A DNA stretch of 64,000 bases, from IMG/VR virus record IMGVR_UViG_3300045988_127492, positions 64,001 to 128,000 of that record; one strand, given 5' to 3'. Position 1 is the stretch's first letter. The number at the start of each line of letters is the position of its first letter. Origin of the DNA: a virus. Positions 44,885-53,834 of the stretch are shown one piece after another. The notes beneath the pieces are model-generated. The model was not told where the DNA came from and ran no database searches. It saw only the letters and a program-made list of their open reading frames with translations. The position numbers and the translations under genes were made by a program.

Positions 44885-45058
44885 CTACATATTCTTTAGT
44901 ATTTCCATTGCATCATCTAATGCTACTTGTTTTTCTTCTAATTGTTTCTGTAAGCTCTTTATCTCTTCGTCTCTGGCCTTTATCATAAGCTTTAACTGTT
45001 CTTTTGTAGCATTATGTGTATTTAAATATTCTCCGTTTTCATACTGTTTATATGTCAT
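44885..45058 (-). CDS. small coiled-coil protein (57 aa)
   Basis: MTYKQYENGEYLNTHNATKEQLKLMIKARDEEIKSLQKQLEEKQ... SD AGGAGA. Confidence 0.4.
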   Translation of the reverse strand: MTYKQYENGEYLNTHNATKEQLKLMIKARDEEIKSLQKQLEEKQVALDDAMEILKNM

Positions 45059-45067
45059 AATGTTCTC

Positions 45068-45277
45068 CTACACTCTCATATTCCACGCATCAATCAATCC
45101 ATGCGGTGTTTGATCCCAACCTCTATCAATTCCTGCTATACAATTGCAACAATAAATTCTCCATCTTTTTCCTACTATGTGTGTATATTCTTCTAAAATA
45201 ATTTCTGATTCTCCACAAAACGGACACGGTTTGAATTTTACACCTTGATATAAATTTTTTGCCTTGATAGTCTTCAT
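45068..45277 (-). CDS. Lar-family (restriction alleviation-like) zinc-ribbon protein
   Basis: 69 aa. CPFCGESE...CCNCIAG...AWNMR, the Lar-type pattern. Confidence 0.6.
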   Translation of the reverse strand: MKTIKAKNLYQGVKFKPCPFCGESEIILEEYTHIVGKRWRIYCCNCIAGIDRGWDQTPHGLIDAWNMRV

Positions 45278-45286
45278 AATATTCTC

Positions 45287-45475
45287 CTATGTAACTAATT
45301 CAAACTCTTTAATAAGTCTCTGTACAACCATCCGGTTACACTTCTTATAAGCAATCGAAAGTGTTTTCTTTGCACCTTCTTTCTTATAAATAGTGTGTCC
45401 GCCAGTGCAATGATCCAGTTCCCAACCATTTTTTAGAATGATTCTCTCAACTTCTCTTCTGTTATAAGTTTTCAT
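45287..45475 (-). CDS. hicA: HicA-family mRNA interferase toxin-like protein
   Basis: 62 aa. LKNGWEL...GGHTIYKK...QRLIKEF matches the HicA fold pattern (G-S/G-H-x-x-F/Y). Confidence 0.65.
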   Translation of the reverse strand: MKTYNRREVERIILKNGWELDHCTGGHTIYKKEGAKKTLSIAYKKCNRMVVQRLIKEFELVT

Positions 45476-45564
45476 GTTTCACCTTCTTCCATCTAAATAT
45501 CCATTCAATAATGATTCTTACTACAACGCCTATTAAAAACCATTTCAAAATTTCGCCCTCTTCA

Positions 45565-46347
45565 TCATATCTTAAAATATCCAACTGTTTTATTCTTTGG
45601 CTTTCCCCAAATAGATTCATACAGATACTCTACCGTACTAGGTGCAATTCCATGATAGTTACACAATTCTTTAAATACTTCATATTTTGGTCTGGCATCA
45701 ATATCTTCAATTACTTCTTCTAATGAAGTTTCGGCATGATTAGGACTACAACCATACATTGGAAGCGGCTCATACATATTCTTCAATTCTTTATAAACTT
45801 CATCATTATACTTATGAGTACTATTATCCTGCTTCTCATCATACATAATTTCGCTTATTTTAAACTGAACAATATCACACATATGCCATTGATTATCATC
45901 GTCAACACATGAATCGAAAAAATTAACTTCAAATATATCATCGTTGGTTATATCAATATCATAATCATTTGCTACTTTAGCTGCAGAATCTAACATTTGA
46001 TTTCTACATTGTTCCAAAGTGCCGATTTTCTCTACATAGAATCCAACACCATCATAGGCATGATGATAGATGCAGAGATAATTCCCGTCTTCTATTTCAA
46101 TTTCATGGATAGTATTAACATAGAATTCTCCATCTCCGAATGAATACGCAATGCGCATAATTTGATCATCAGATCCGTCTACATTTTTATATTCAAGCTC
46201 ACTCATTACTTCTTCTCGGCTTTCCTCTGCAATACTGACTAAGTTGTCTATAACCCATTTATGAGCCGCAAAAGCAGTTTTGAAAAAGTAAAAATATGGT
46301 TCTCTATAATATTCATCATTCAATGTACATACTAAATATACTTTCAT
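45565..46347 (-). CDS. acidic hypothetical protein
   Basis: 260 aa, Asp/Glu-rich. Confidence 0.5.
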   Translation of the reverse strand: MKVYLVCTLNDEYYREPYFYFFKTAFAAHKWVIDNLVSIAEESREEVMSELEYKNVDGSDDQIMRIAYSFGDGEFYVNTIHEIEIEDGNYLCIYHHAYDGVGFYVEKIGTLEQCRNQMLDSAAKVANDYDIDITNDDIFEVNFFDSCVDDDNQWHMCDIVQFKISEIMYDEKQDNSTHKYNDEVYKELKNMYEPLPMYGCSPNHAETSLEEVIEDIDARPKYEVFKELCNYHGIAPSTVEYLYESIWGKPKNKTVGYFKI

Positions 46348-46348
46348 C

Positions 46349-46705
46349 TCACATTTCTCCTAAACGATCAATATATTGTTCAATATTTCCATTATCATAC
46401 GTTTTTGTAACTAATATAGCAGATACTGTTTCTCCTATTCTTTTATAATATTTCTGATATGTGTCTGCACCATAGAGAAAATACTCTGTACCGTTATAAT
46501 CTACAGTAATTTCATATTCTACCTGATCTGTATAGACAAATGGTCTACCATTGAACATCGTCATATATTCTTCTTCTGGCTTATAATACTCATTTACAAT
46601 TTTAACTTTTACAATCTTTTCTTTCTTGTTAATACATTTAGCACATCCAGCTAGCATAAACATACTGATAAGCATAATAGATAATATTGTAAATATTTTT
46701 TTCAT
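46349..46705 (-). CDS. lipoprotein (paralog of 14030-14392)
   Basis: 118 aa. Lipobox LAGC; colinear similarity to the 120-aa lipoprotein. Confidence 0.7.
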   Translation of the reverse strand: MKKIFTILSIMLISMFMLAGCAKCINKKEKIVKVKIVNEYYKPEEEYMTMFNGRPFVYTDQVEYEITVDYNGTEYFLYGADTYQKYYKRIGETVSAILVTKTYDNGNIEQYIDRLGEM

Positions 46706-46837
46706 TCCAATATTCTCCTCTTACAATCCTAATTCGTTTAAAATAGGAAGCATTACAATAGTAAGTTCTGGATGAATTTTTTCCAAAGTTTCTCTAGCAT
46801 TAAGTGGTTTATCTGGCTTAGTCAGTCTTGCGCATTC

Positions 46838-47083
46838 TCAATCAATTGCCATCTGGATATAATCATCATGAGTCTTAGCTTTTAAATGATGTCTACTATG
46901 ATGTCTGTGCCAGTTATGCACTTGTTTATAATCAAAGAATGGATATAAAAATACTTTATCTAAATCATGAAATAAACTTCTTACTGTATTATGACCTAAT
47001 AATTGTTTCTCTACTACACGAAAAGCTTTCCTATGATCAAGTGTATATTTAATTCTGTCTTTATTTTTCATTTTTGTTTCCAC
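46838..47083 (-). CDS. His-rich hypothetical protein; the frame continues through an in-frame TGA for 38 more codons (to 46721)
   Basis: 81 aa ending ...IQMAID-TGA. The same frame then reads ECARLTKPDKPLNARETLEKIHPELTIVMLPILNELGL-TAA, ending 15 nt before the next gene. Confidence 0.55.
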   Translation of the reverse strand: METKMKNKDRIKYTLDHRKAFRVVEKQLLGHNTVRSLFHDLDKVFLYPFFDYKQVHNWHRHHSRHHLKAKTHDDYIQMAID

Positions 47084-47652
47084 TGTCTCTTTCTCTTACT
47101 CTGCATTTTCCAACCTGATACTTTAGAGCATCTTTCATTATCATAAGCATTCAAATTTCTTTTATTTTTTATAGGTTTAAGAGTAATACCATACTCATAT
47201 TTAATTTCATCAAGTTCCTCTGGCGTAATGCTTTTACGCTGATCAGAAGTCAATTTGGACCAATGATTGTTCCAACCACAATAACGATGTTTGTAATGTA
47301 ATGTCCAATTTTTCTTATATTGATCAGTAAGTTGATAAAAATCTCGCACATTACCATGATCGTCAATAATCAAATATCTATGATATTCGTGATAGCAAAT
47401 ATAATTAAAATCCAATTTATTTTCTACTTTAGAATATTCATCTTCAAAATAATTAAATGAATAGTAGAAATCAATACTTCTCGTGCTATACAGGAACTTT
47501 AATTTGAAATATTTGTACAGATTTTTAGTTCCAGTAACATATCCTATATATTCCCATGGAAGCCATCTGTAAATAGTATAATTGCAATGACATCCTACTG
47601 GTTTTGTCCGTTGCATATAAATATGGTATTTTCTCATACTATAACCTTTCAT
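47068..47652 (-). CDS. hypothetical basic protein
   Basis: 194 aa. Confidence 0.5.
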   Translation of the reverse strand: MKGYSMRKYHIYMQRTKPVGCHCNYTIYRWLPWEYIGYVTGTKNLYKYFKLKFLYSTRSIDFYYSFNYFEDEYSKVENKLDFNYICYHEYHRYLIIDDHGNVRDFYQLTDQYKKNWTLHYKHRYCGWNNHWSKLTSDQRKSITPEELDEIKYEYGITLKPIKNKRNLNAYDNERCSKVSGWKMQSKRKRQWKQK

Positions 47653-47682
47653 TTATCTCCCTCAAAAAGAGGGAGATTTATT

Positions 47683-48630
47683 TTATCCTATACAAATAAC
47701 ATTGTGAGTATCTTTTTTATACATATAAATCTTAGAAGTCAGGAAATCTTCCTTTGGAGTAGCTTCTTCTAAAGTGTCTTTTAACACCGATTTCAGGTCT
47801 TCTGGATCTACTCCCCCTGCCTTATGTATCATTACTTCATGAATACTTGTGAATACCAGATATAAATCTGAATCTAACAAATCTGCCAATTTTTCAGCCA
47901 CTCCTGGTAAGAAAATAGCTATGGCTCCATTTGTCTTTATTGTTGTACTGATACAATTTCCACTGTATCCAGCACTAATTTCACATTCTCTGTTTGGACT
48001 CATAAAATCATCACCATTATAGCTTGGATCAAAAATCATTTTCTCCCACTTATAGAGTCTTGGTGGAGTCATTCGGTAGGTGTTATCAATTGCTTCTTTG
48101 AATAAGTTATCCTCATTCAGTTCCGGATGATCTTTCTTCCAATGTTCTAACATTGCTTTTCGAATCTTTGTACTTGTAACACAACCTTCCTGTTCTGAAA
48201 CCTGCGCATAAGTGACAAGAGCAATATCACCAACAATCCTATGAATGGTATCCTGTAAGTCTGCAGCATTTTTATCTTTATTAAGTAAGCGTACAAATAA
48301 ACGTTTTTTTGCTACTTCATAATCTCTTAATCCTTTGGTCTGATCATAAACATTTGCATCTTTGATTCTAAGGATATCTTCAATGACCTTTGCCAGAATG
48401 TTTGCAAATGTATCACCTTCTTCATAGGACTTAAACAATTCCTGTGTATAAAGCCCACAGACCTCCCAGGCATCGTCATGCTCTGCAAACTTTACCAACA
48501 GTCTGTCTCCTACAGGCGCAAACCTCCCGCCTTCTTTCTCAAAAGAAATATTCTCTCTTGGAATGCTAATAGCTGCACTAATTTCATTTTTAAGTTCTTC
48601 TACAAATATTTCATAGTTCATCATAAACAT
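47683..48630 (-). CDS. hypothetical protein
   Basis: 315 aa. Confidence 0.55.
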   Translation of the reverse strand: MFMMNYEIFVEELKNEISAAISIPRENISFEKEGGRFAPVGDRLLVKFAEHDDAWEVCGLYTQELFKSYEEGDTFANILAKVIEDILRIKDANVYDQTKGLRDYEVAKKRLFVRLLNKDKNAADLQDTIHRIVGDIALVTYAQVSEQEGCVTSTKIRKAMLEHWKKDHPELNEDNLFKEAIDNTYRMTPPRLYKWEKMIFDPSYNGDDFMSPNRECEISAGYSGNCISTTIKTNGAIAIFLPGVAEKLADLLDSDLYLVFTSIHEVMIHKAGGVDPEDLKSVLKDTLEEATPKEDFLTSKIYMYKKDTHNVICIG

Positions 48631-48645
48631 ACCCTCACTTTCTCG

Positions 48646-49419
48646 CTAACCCATATGGTTGCATGAATACTCTGCCATTTCACTTAACTTTTTAACTATA
48701 AAATCTGGTATATAACCACATTCAGAGCAGATACAAATCTTTCCTAAAATATACAAACATGCTTGATCCCTTGGAATTTCTTTTCCCATGAACTGTTGTT
48801 TAGTTTCTTGGCATTCACCTTCATAACAGTATTCGTTCTGTGGACAGCTATCACAGTCATATTCCAGAGCATTTTCAATCCAAGGAAAATACCAAGCTAA
48901 GATATCAGATTCAATCCCGTTGCCATTGTCACCTGTACATTCCGTTATTCCTGTACTGAAGTCCAAAGGGATATATGGATCATTAGAAGAAAAATCCCTT
49001 ATGTAAAAAGGTGCACATTTATTCATGCCTGACTGCTGCATTTTTTGAATCCAAAACTGTTTATACTCTTCATAGGATTCACACTCTGTCCAAGAAAGTT
49101 CTTCTGGACTTGGTAAATCATCATACCAAGTGGTTCCAAACATTGCTTCTAACTGTTTATTAATATTATCAGTGCATCTCCAGTCATACCCGTTTTGCTG
49201 ATGAATGCTCTTTCCTCTATTAGTATTAACAATTTCAAATACTGCCGGATAGTATTTCTCTACATAGTCATACATTTCTGAACAGGATTTATAATATTGT
49301 TTATAAAGTTTTCTCACTTCCTTATATACCGAATCAATAGTTACTGTGTTGTCGTTTGCCTTACCAATAATAAAACTTGAAGAACTACTATTGGTCACAA
49401 AACCATTACGAATCTTCAT
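48646..49419 (-). CDS. MKIRxGFVTNSSSSSF-family protein (copy 3) with Cys-rich C-terminal part
   Basis: Start at MKIRNGFVTNSSSSSFIIGK (ATG at 49419, SD GGAAGGGGTGG). Confidence 0.6.
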   Translation of the reverse strand: MKIRNGFVTNSSSSSFIIGKANDNTVTIDSVYKEVRKLYKQYYKSCSEMYDYVEKYYPAVFEIVNTNRGKSIHQQNGYDWRCTDNINKQLEAMFGTTWYDDLPSPEELSWTECESYEEYKQFWIQKMQQSGMNKCAPFYIRDFSSNDPYIPLDFSTGITECTGDNGNGIESDILAWYFPWIENALEYDCDSCPQNEYCYEGECQETKQQFMGKEIPRDQACLYILGKICICSECGYIPDFIVKKLSEMAEYSCNHMG

Positions 49420-49987
49420 TGGTACCACCCCTTCCTATATCATATGCTCTTTTACAGTAGACCCAATCATCACATAATGAACCTGCCATTTCTTTGTAGC
49501 ACCCTTTGCACAAGTGTTGTCTGTCTTCTACTATTTTATTAAATTGGTCATAGTCTACATAGAATTCTTTCCGGTAAGTTCCATCTTCATCTTTAACTTT
49601 TCCTATATAACCACCATTTGCCATATCATAAGCAGTTTGGTCTATATATGGATGTAAGAAATCATAAATATCCTGTCCCAGATCATCTCCATCATACATG
49701 TACCCCTTCATGCAGAAGTTTATAGAAAAGCACCAGCCCGTGTAGTTATCAGTAGGACTCTTATAGAAATCCAAATAATATGCTGGATATAGCAGTCTAT
49801 AATGATCTGCCCATTTAGATTCCTTAAATTCTTTACATAACAGTTTATCCCAAAAATCTTCTTCGGAGCATTTTTTTGTCAAAAGGCTCAGATCATGAAG
49901 CAAGTCTTCCGGAATATCTTTTTTTAGTCCGAATGCTAAATTCCCCTCATAATAATTCCCCACTTTTCCACATCCTTTCGAACACAT
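49406..49987 (-). CDS. hypothetical protein
   Basis: 193 aa. Confidence 0.5.
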   Translation of the reverse strand: MCSKGCGKVGNYYEGNLAFGLKKDIPEDLLHDLSLLTKKCSEEDFWDKLLCKEFKESKWADHYRLLYPAYYLDFYKSPTDNYTGWCFSINFCMKGYMYDGDDLGQDIYDFLHPYIDQTAYDMANGGYIGKVKDEDGTYRKEFYVDYDQFNKIVEDRQHLCKGCYKEMAGSLCDDWVYCKRAYDIGRGGTNEDS

Positions 49988-50276
49988 AAATAGAATTCTC
50001 TGTTTCTACTGTTACCTCAGTTACTTTTACTGTAATGCCTACTACACGACTTGTGTATAATACTAATCCTTCGAGAGAGGTTCCATCAGAATCACATACG
50101 TAGCTAATTATCATAGGAGCGTTCCCTGTAATTTTATTTACATCAAGGTCTACTATCCGTCCTATTCTTAATGGATAACGCCCATCCGTTCTTTTGATTC
50201 CTCTAATGCCACAACTGCCAGAATGTAATATTTCTTTTATTTTATATTGTGTATTCTTTTTTCGCAGTGTTTCCAT
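49947..50276 (-). CDS. hypothetical protein
   Basis: 109 aa. Confidence 0.45.
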   Translation of the reverse strand: METLRKKNTQYKIKEILHSGSCGIRGIKRTDGRYPLRIGRIVDLDVNKITGNAPMIISYVCDSDGTSLEGLVLYTSRVVGITVKVTEVTVETENSIYVFERMWKSGELL

Positions 50277-50285
50277 ATGGTCTCC

Positions 50286-50744
50286 TTAATGATGACTAAT
50301 AGTAGCAAGACAACATTTCATCTTTGGAACAACATAATGTTCAAGTTCTGAGTATTTAAGTCCATCATTGTCTGAATAACTGATTTCCACAAACACAGAG
50401 AGACCTTCCATTGCTTTTTCTAAATTAGACACTTTATTTGTAATTGCTTTATTAAGTTCTTTCTGAAATTCTTCTGTTTCTCGAACTTTAAATCTCTCGC
50501 TATAAGGGATATTTAAAGTATTTTCTACTTCCCATCTGGTATAATAACGAATTTCTTCTGTATATCCCCCCAGAACATCTTCTTTATCCAATCTTGTAGC
50601 TTCCGTTACATCTCTCAGAATCTCTTCAAAATACTCTTTAAGATTTTCTGCTTTCAGTTCTTCTTTGACGCTCTCTTCACTTTTAAAGCCAAGGATGAAG
50701 CTACTACTGCTACTGTTAGTTACAAATCCTTTTCTAATTTTCAT
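50286..50744 (-). CDS. MKIRxGFVTNSSSSSF-family protein (copy 4)
   Basis: Start at MKIRKGFVTNSSSSSFILG (ATGA overlap with the upstream copy, SD GGGAGGA). Confidence 0.6.
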   Translation of the reverse strand: MKIRKGFVTNSSSSSFILGFKSEESVKEELKAENLKEYFEEILRDVTEATRLDKEDVLGGYTEEIRYYTRWEVENTLNIPYSERFKVRETEEFQKELNKAITNKVSNLEKAMEGLSVFVEISYSDNDGLKYSELEHYVVPKMKCCLATISHH

Positions 50745-51025
50745 GACCAATCCTCCCATTCAACGTCTTCACCATCTACACCAATTAACCGTAAGAACTT
50801 ACTCATATTAAAATTGTCCATAATAGTAAAACCACGAATTGATTGATCCGTTTCAGTAATACTCCATCTGTCCCACTCATCATAATAAGAACTATCCATT
50901 TCTAATTCTTTTGCAACTTTAATATGATTTTTAATCTTTTCAATCTGATCAGCTGTTAAATTACTTTTTGCAATAGTAAAACTGGATGAAGAACTATTAG
51001 TTACAAAACCGGTTCTTAATTTCAT
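50741..51025 (-). CDS. MKIRxGFVTNSSSSSF-family protein (copy 5)
   Basis: 94 aa. MKLRTGFVTNSSSSSFTIAK. Confidence 0.6.
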   Translation of the reverse strand: MKLRTGFVTNSSSSSFTIAKSNLTADQIEKIKNHIKVAKELEMDSSYYDEWDRWSITETDQSIRGFTIMDNFNMSKFLRLIGVDGEDVEWEDWS

Positions 51026-51444
51026 GTATCCTCCTCTATGATTTTATAATTTTTCTCTTGAGCATAGCTTTTTGTGTAGGTATTACAAGTGGCATAAACA
51101 TACACATCTTTATTTCCTTTATCAATTAAATTTCTTTGGCTTAAATCTCTCACTTTTGCTTCGGCAGCAAGATTATTTCTAGCCTTTATAGCTATGCAAT
51201 TCTTAAAACGAGTTTCTATGGACACCAAGTAATATTCTTTAGGCTCTCCTGAAGCTTCATCATACATATCACTTAAATCATTGGTATCAAAATCAATAGT
51301 CTTACTGTCCGGATCACAATGAACATATCCATTCTTTTTACCTTCAAAGTGGACGATCCCATCCTGAGGCAACCGCTGCAGAGCTTCAATCATCTCTGCA
51401 ACAGTTGTTCCCTCACACCTCACTCTCTTACTAATATCCAGCAT
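51022..51444 (-). CDS. hypothetical protein
   Basis: 140 aa. Confidence 0.5.
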   Translation of the reverse strand: MLDISKRVRCEGTTVAEMIEALQRLPQDGIVHFEGKKNGYVHCDPDSKTIDFDTNDLSDMYDEASGEPKEYYLVSIETRFKNCIAIKARNNLAAEAKVRDLSQRNLIDKGNKDVYVYATCNTYTKSYAQEKNYKIIEEDT

Positions 51445-51455
51445 AGAACTCCTTT

Positions 51456-51722
51456 CTACTCCGTAACTTTAATGACGTAGATTTTATTTCCTCGTTTAGC
51501 ATATTTAATAACTTCTTTTCCATCCTCCTCATTGAGTCTCTTGCAACAATTCATTACTGCAGAAGCTCTTCTTTTAGCCTCAGCTTCATCATCGTACTCA
51601 AAACACATATTAGCTCTGCCAGTTTTCATGAACTCAACAATGGCTCTTCCCTCTTCTGTTGTAACAAGACCTCTTCTGTTTGCTCCTAAATCTTCTACCT
51701 GTACGTCATAGCTCATTTTCAT
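51456..51722 (-). CDS. hypothetical protein
   Basis: 88 aa. Confidence 0.5.
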   Translation of the reverse strand: MKMSYDVQVEDLGANRRGLVTTEEGRAIVEFMKTGRANMCFEYDDEAEAKRRASAVMNCCKRLNEEDGKEVIKYAKRGNKIYVIKVTE

Positions 51723-51726
51723 AATT

Positions 51727-51951
51727 TTAGTTCTCCTTTTCTCTTTTATTTAAAATTAATAATTTTAACGAATTTAGTGGTACCATAAAATACCTATTTA
51801 CAGGATGCTCATGTTCCAATACTGGATAGTATACGACACCCCAAGAACCCTTTAGGGACTCTTCTCCAGTTAAAGTAAATATTCTATTTTCCCATGAATC
51901 TATTAAAGTATCTTTCATAATCACTTGTAACCCTTTTTTATTCGGAACCAT
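51727..51951 (-). CDS. small protein with the GL..LI..R-type tail (distant YKVGD-family member)
   Basis: Start at MVPNKKG (51951). Ends ...YFMVPLNSLKLLILNKREKEN, like the tails at 59330-60586. Confidence 0.45.
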   Translation of the reverse strand: MVPNKKGLQVIMKDTLIDSWENRIFTLTGEESLKGSWGVVYYPVLEHEHPVNRYFMVPLNSLKLLILNKREKEN

Positions 51952-51952
51952 A

Positions 51953-52774
51953 TTAAAAACCTGTTTGCTTTCCAACAAAGTTAATTGGCTCACCAGTAAC
52001 TTTGTTAATACCATGCCCTACTACTTCGACAAAATAATCTTCCCAGTAGTCTCCTTTCTTGTAATAGGATGTATCTTCTTCATAGTATCCTTCTGTATGT
52101 TTAACAACAAATTTTACGGTTCCTTTAAAATCTTTGATCCAAGTAGTTGACCATTCTCTATTCAGATGGTAATCAAATTCCGGATTATATTTCAGTACTT
52201 CTTCTAACAAAAATACTGACACCAATCCAGCGTCTGCACAAAAATCGCCAATAACTTTCTTTGTATCTGTGTTAAAAGTAGTACAGCTCCAATCACCATA
52301 AAGTGTATCTCTTGTCATGTAATGAGTGATTCCAAGAGCTTCCATCTCACTACCGTAATTACATGCAGCCCAATCATCTTTTGTGAGTTCGTTAATTTCT
52401 CTCATAATGTAACAAGGATCTGTGATGATGATGTCTCCATCAAATTCCATTCCCGTATCAAGGTATCTCCTCAAATTATTTTTATTCCTGTATTTATAGA
52501 ACAGTTCAATTACACCTGAGTGTTTTAACCACTTGTAAGTATTAGCGTCATAGTCATCTTCAAGACACTTCATGCACAGCATGTCTAAATAAAAATCTAC
52601 ATCTCTATGCATATTTTCCAAATCTTCAAAGACCTCATCCATTTTTTGATCTGTTAATGGTAACTTTTCTCTTAAAATTTTCTCAATTTCAGGCCGAACA
52701 CTTTCACATTCTTTTGTTTTCTGTTCTAACCAAGCTTTGTTCATTTTTCTCTCTCCTTTAATTTGGTTCGTCAT
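51953..52774 (-). CDS. hypothetical protein
   Basis: 273 aa. Confidence 0.55.
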   Translation of the reverse strand: MTNQIKGERKMNKAWLEQKTKECESVRPEIEKILREKLPLTDQKMDEVFEDLENMHRDVDFYLDMLCMKCLEDDYDANTYKWLKHSGVIELFYKYRNKNNLRRYLDTGMEFDGDIIITDPCYIMREINELTKDDWAACNYGSEMEALGITHYMTRDTLYGDWSCTTFNTDTKKVIGDFCADAGLVSVFLLEEVLKYNPEFDYHLNREWSTTWIKDFKGTVKFVVKHTEGYYEEDTSYYKKGDYWEDYFVEVVGHGINKVTGEPINFVGKQTGF

Positions 52775-53162
52775 AACTAAGTCCAGAAAGATTTACAAAC
52801 TCATTTAATGCTAAAAACATATCTTTTTCCAATTTCTCCTTCCATATGTTACTCCACCAATCTACATCTGCTTCAATTCCAAGGTACCCAGCAGACTCCC
52901 AACCATCTTCCGTTTTAACACAAGTGAAATACTCAATAATTGGTTTATATGTTGGTAATTCATTAAACATCCCACGGACAAAAATATTCACCTCAATGTC
53001 AACGTAACCTATTTCTAATACCGCTTCACCTATGAGAGGTCCATTGTCAAGATCAATCTCTAAATGGTCTGCTTTTATGACTCTTATCCAATGTTGAATT
53101 CCATTGAGTCGAAATTCGTAATCTGGGCGTTGTTTAGCTTCTTCAAATGTCATAGCTAGCAC
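52758..53162 (-). CDS. hypothetical protein
   Basis: 134 aa. Confidence 0.5.
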   Translation of the reverse strand: MLAMTFEEAKQRPDYEFRLNGIQHWIRVIKADHLEIDLDNGPLIGEAVLEIGYVDIEVNIFVRGMFNELPTYKPIIEYFTCVKTEDGWESAGYLGIEADVDWWSNIWKEKLEKDMFLALNEFVNLSGLSYDEPN

Positions 53163-53602
53163 CTCGAATATAATTCAATTTCCATATGAATGTATTTTCC
53201 CATGTTACTATTTAAAATTTCTAACAGATCATGCCCTCCACATTTAAATTCTTCTTCAGTCCAAAGATATCCTGTGTAATCACTATACCGATGATAATAT
53301 TCAGATTCAGTGATACCTTCCATTGATACAATCTTTGTTTCGTCAATATGATCCATATCAATAGGAGTATCTCCTGTAAGCATTTGAATACTTGCATATC
53401 TGTCAAGCCACCCGCATCGACTTTCCATTTCTTTTGAAAAAGCAAATCCATTATTAGATACAACAATTTCTTCACCAGAAAATCTTTTTACTTTCTGAAT
53501 ATTTTGTATTCCAATAATGCTATCAGCAACATCTTCTGTGTTTACCCACCCTACTTTTCCATTGAGAATAATAGTGTCCTCTAATTTATACCCTTCTTTC
53601 AT
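53156..53602 (-). CDS. hypothetical protein
   Basis: 148 aa. Confidence 0.5.
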   Translation of the reverse strand: MKEGYKLEDTIILNGKVGWVNTEDVADSIIGIQNIQKVKRFSGEEIVVSNNGFAFSKEMESRCGWLDRYASIQMLTGDTPIDMDHIDETKIVSMEGITESEYYHRYSDYTGYLWTEEEFKCGGHDLLEILNSNMGKYIHMEIELYSRC

Positions 53603-53834
53603 GTCTATAATTCTCCTTTCTTTTCTCTATAGTATTCCTCAAATTGTGTTCTCCATATATAATAGAGTAATACTTCAAAGCTTCTAATAATGGAACCGGA
53701 TTTCCATCTAAGAAATATCCATAACCATTACCGCATTTGTGTTGAGGATTTATAAAACTTATTTGACAGATACTGCAGTACGGAGACTTACAACAGAATT
53801 CTCTTAACTTGAAATATATTTCATATCTATCCAT
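53586..53834 (-). CDS. Cys-rich small protein with RKENY-type tail
   Basis: 82 aa. CCKSPYCSIC...C; ends NLRNTIEKRKENYRHERRV. Confidence 0.5.
   Translation of the reverse strand: MDRYEIYFKLREFCCKSPYCSICQISFINPQHKCGNGYGYFLDGNPVPLLEALKYYSIIYGEHNLRNTIEKRKENYRHERRV

Noticed and set aside
46838-46840. Global TGA-to-Trp (or other stop-codon) reassignment
   Set aside because: Many genes end at TGA, TAA or TAG exactly where the next gene's SD/ATG begins (for example 13788, 16432, 59330, 63938), and long ORFs are intact under the standard code. The two in-frame stops are treated as local events.
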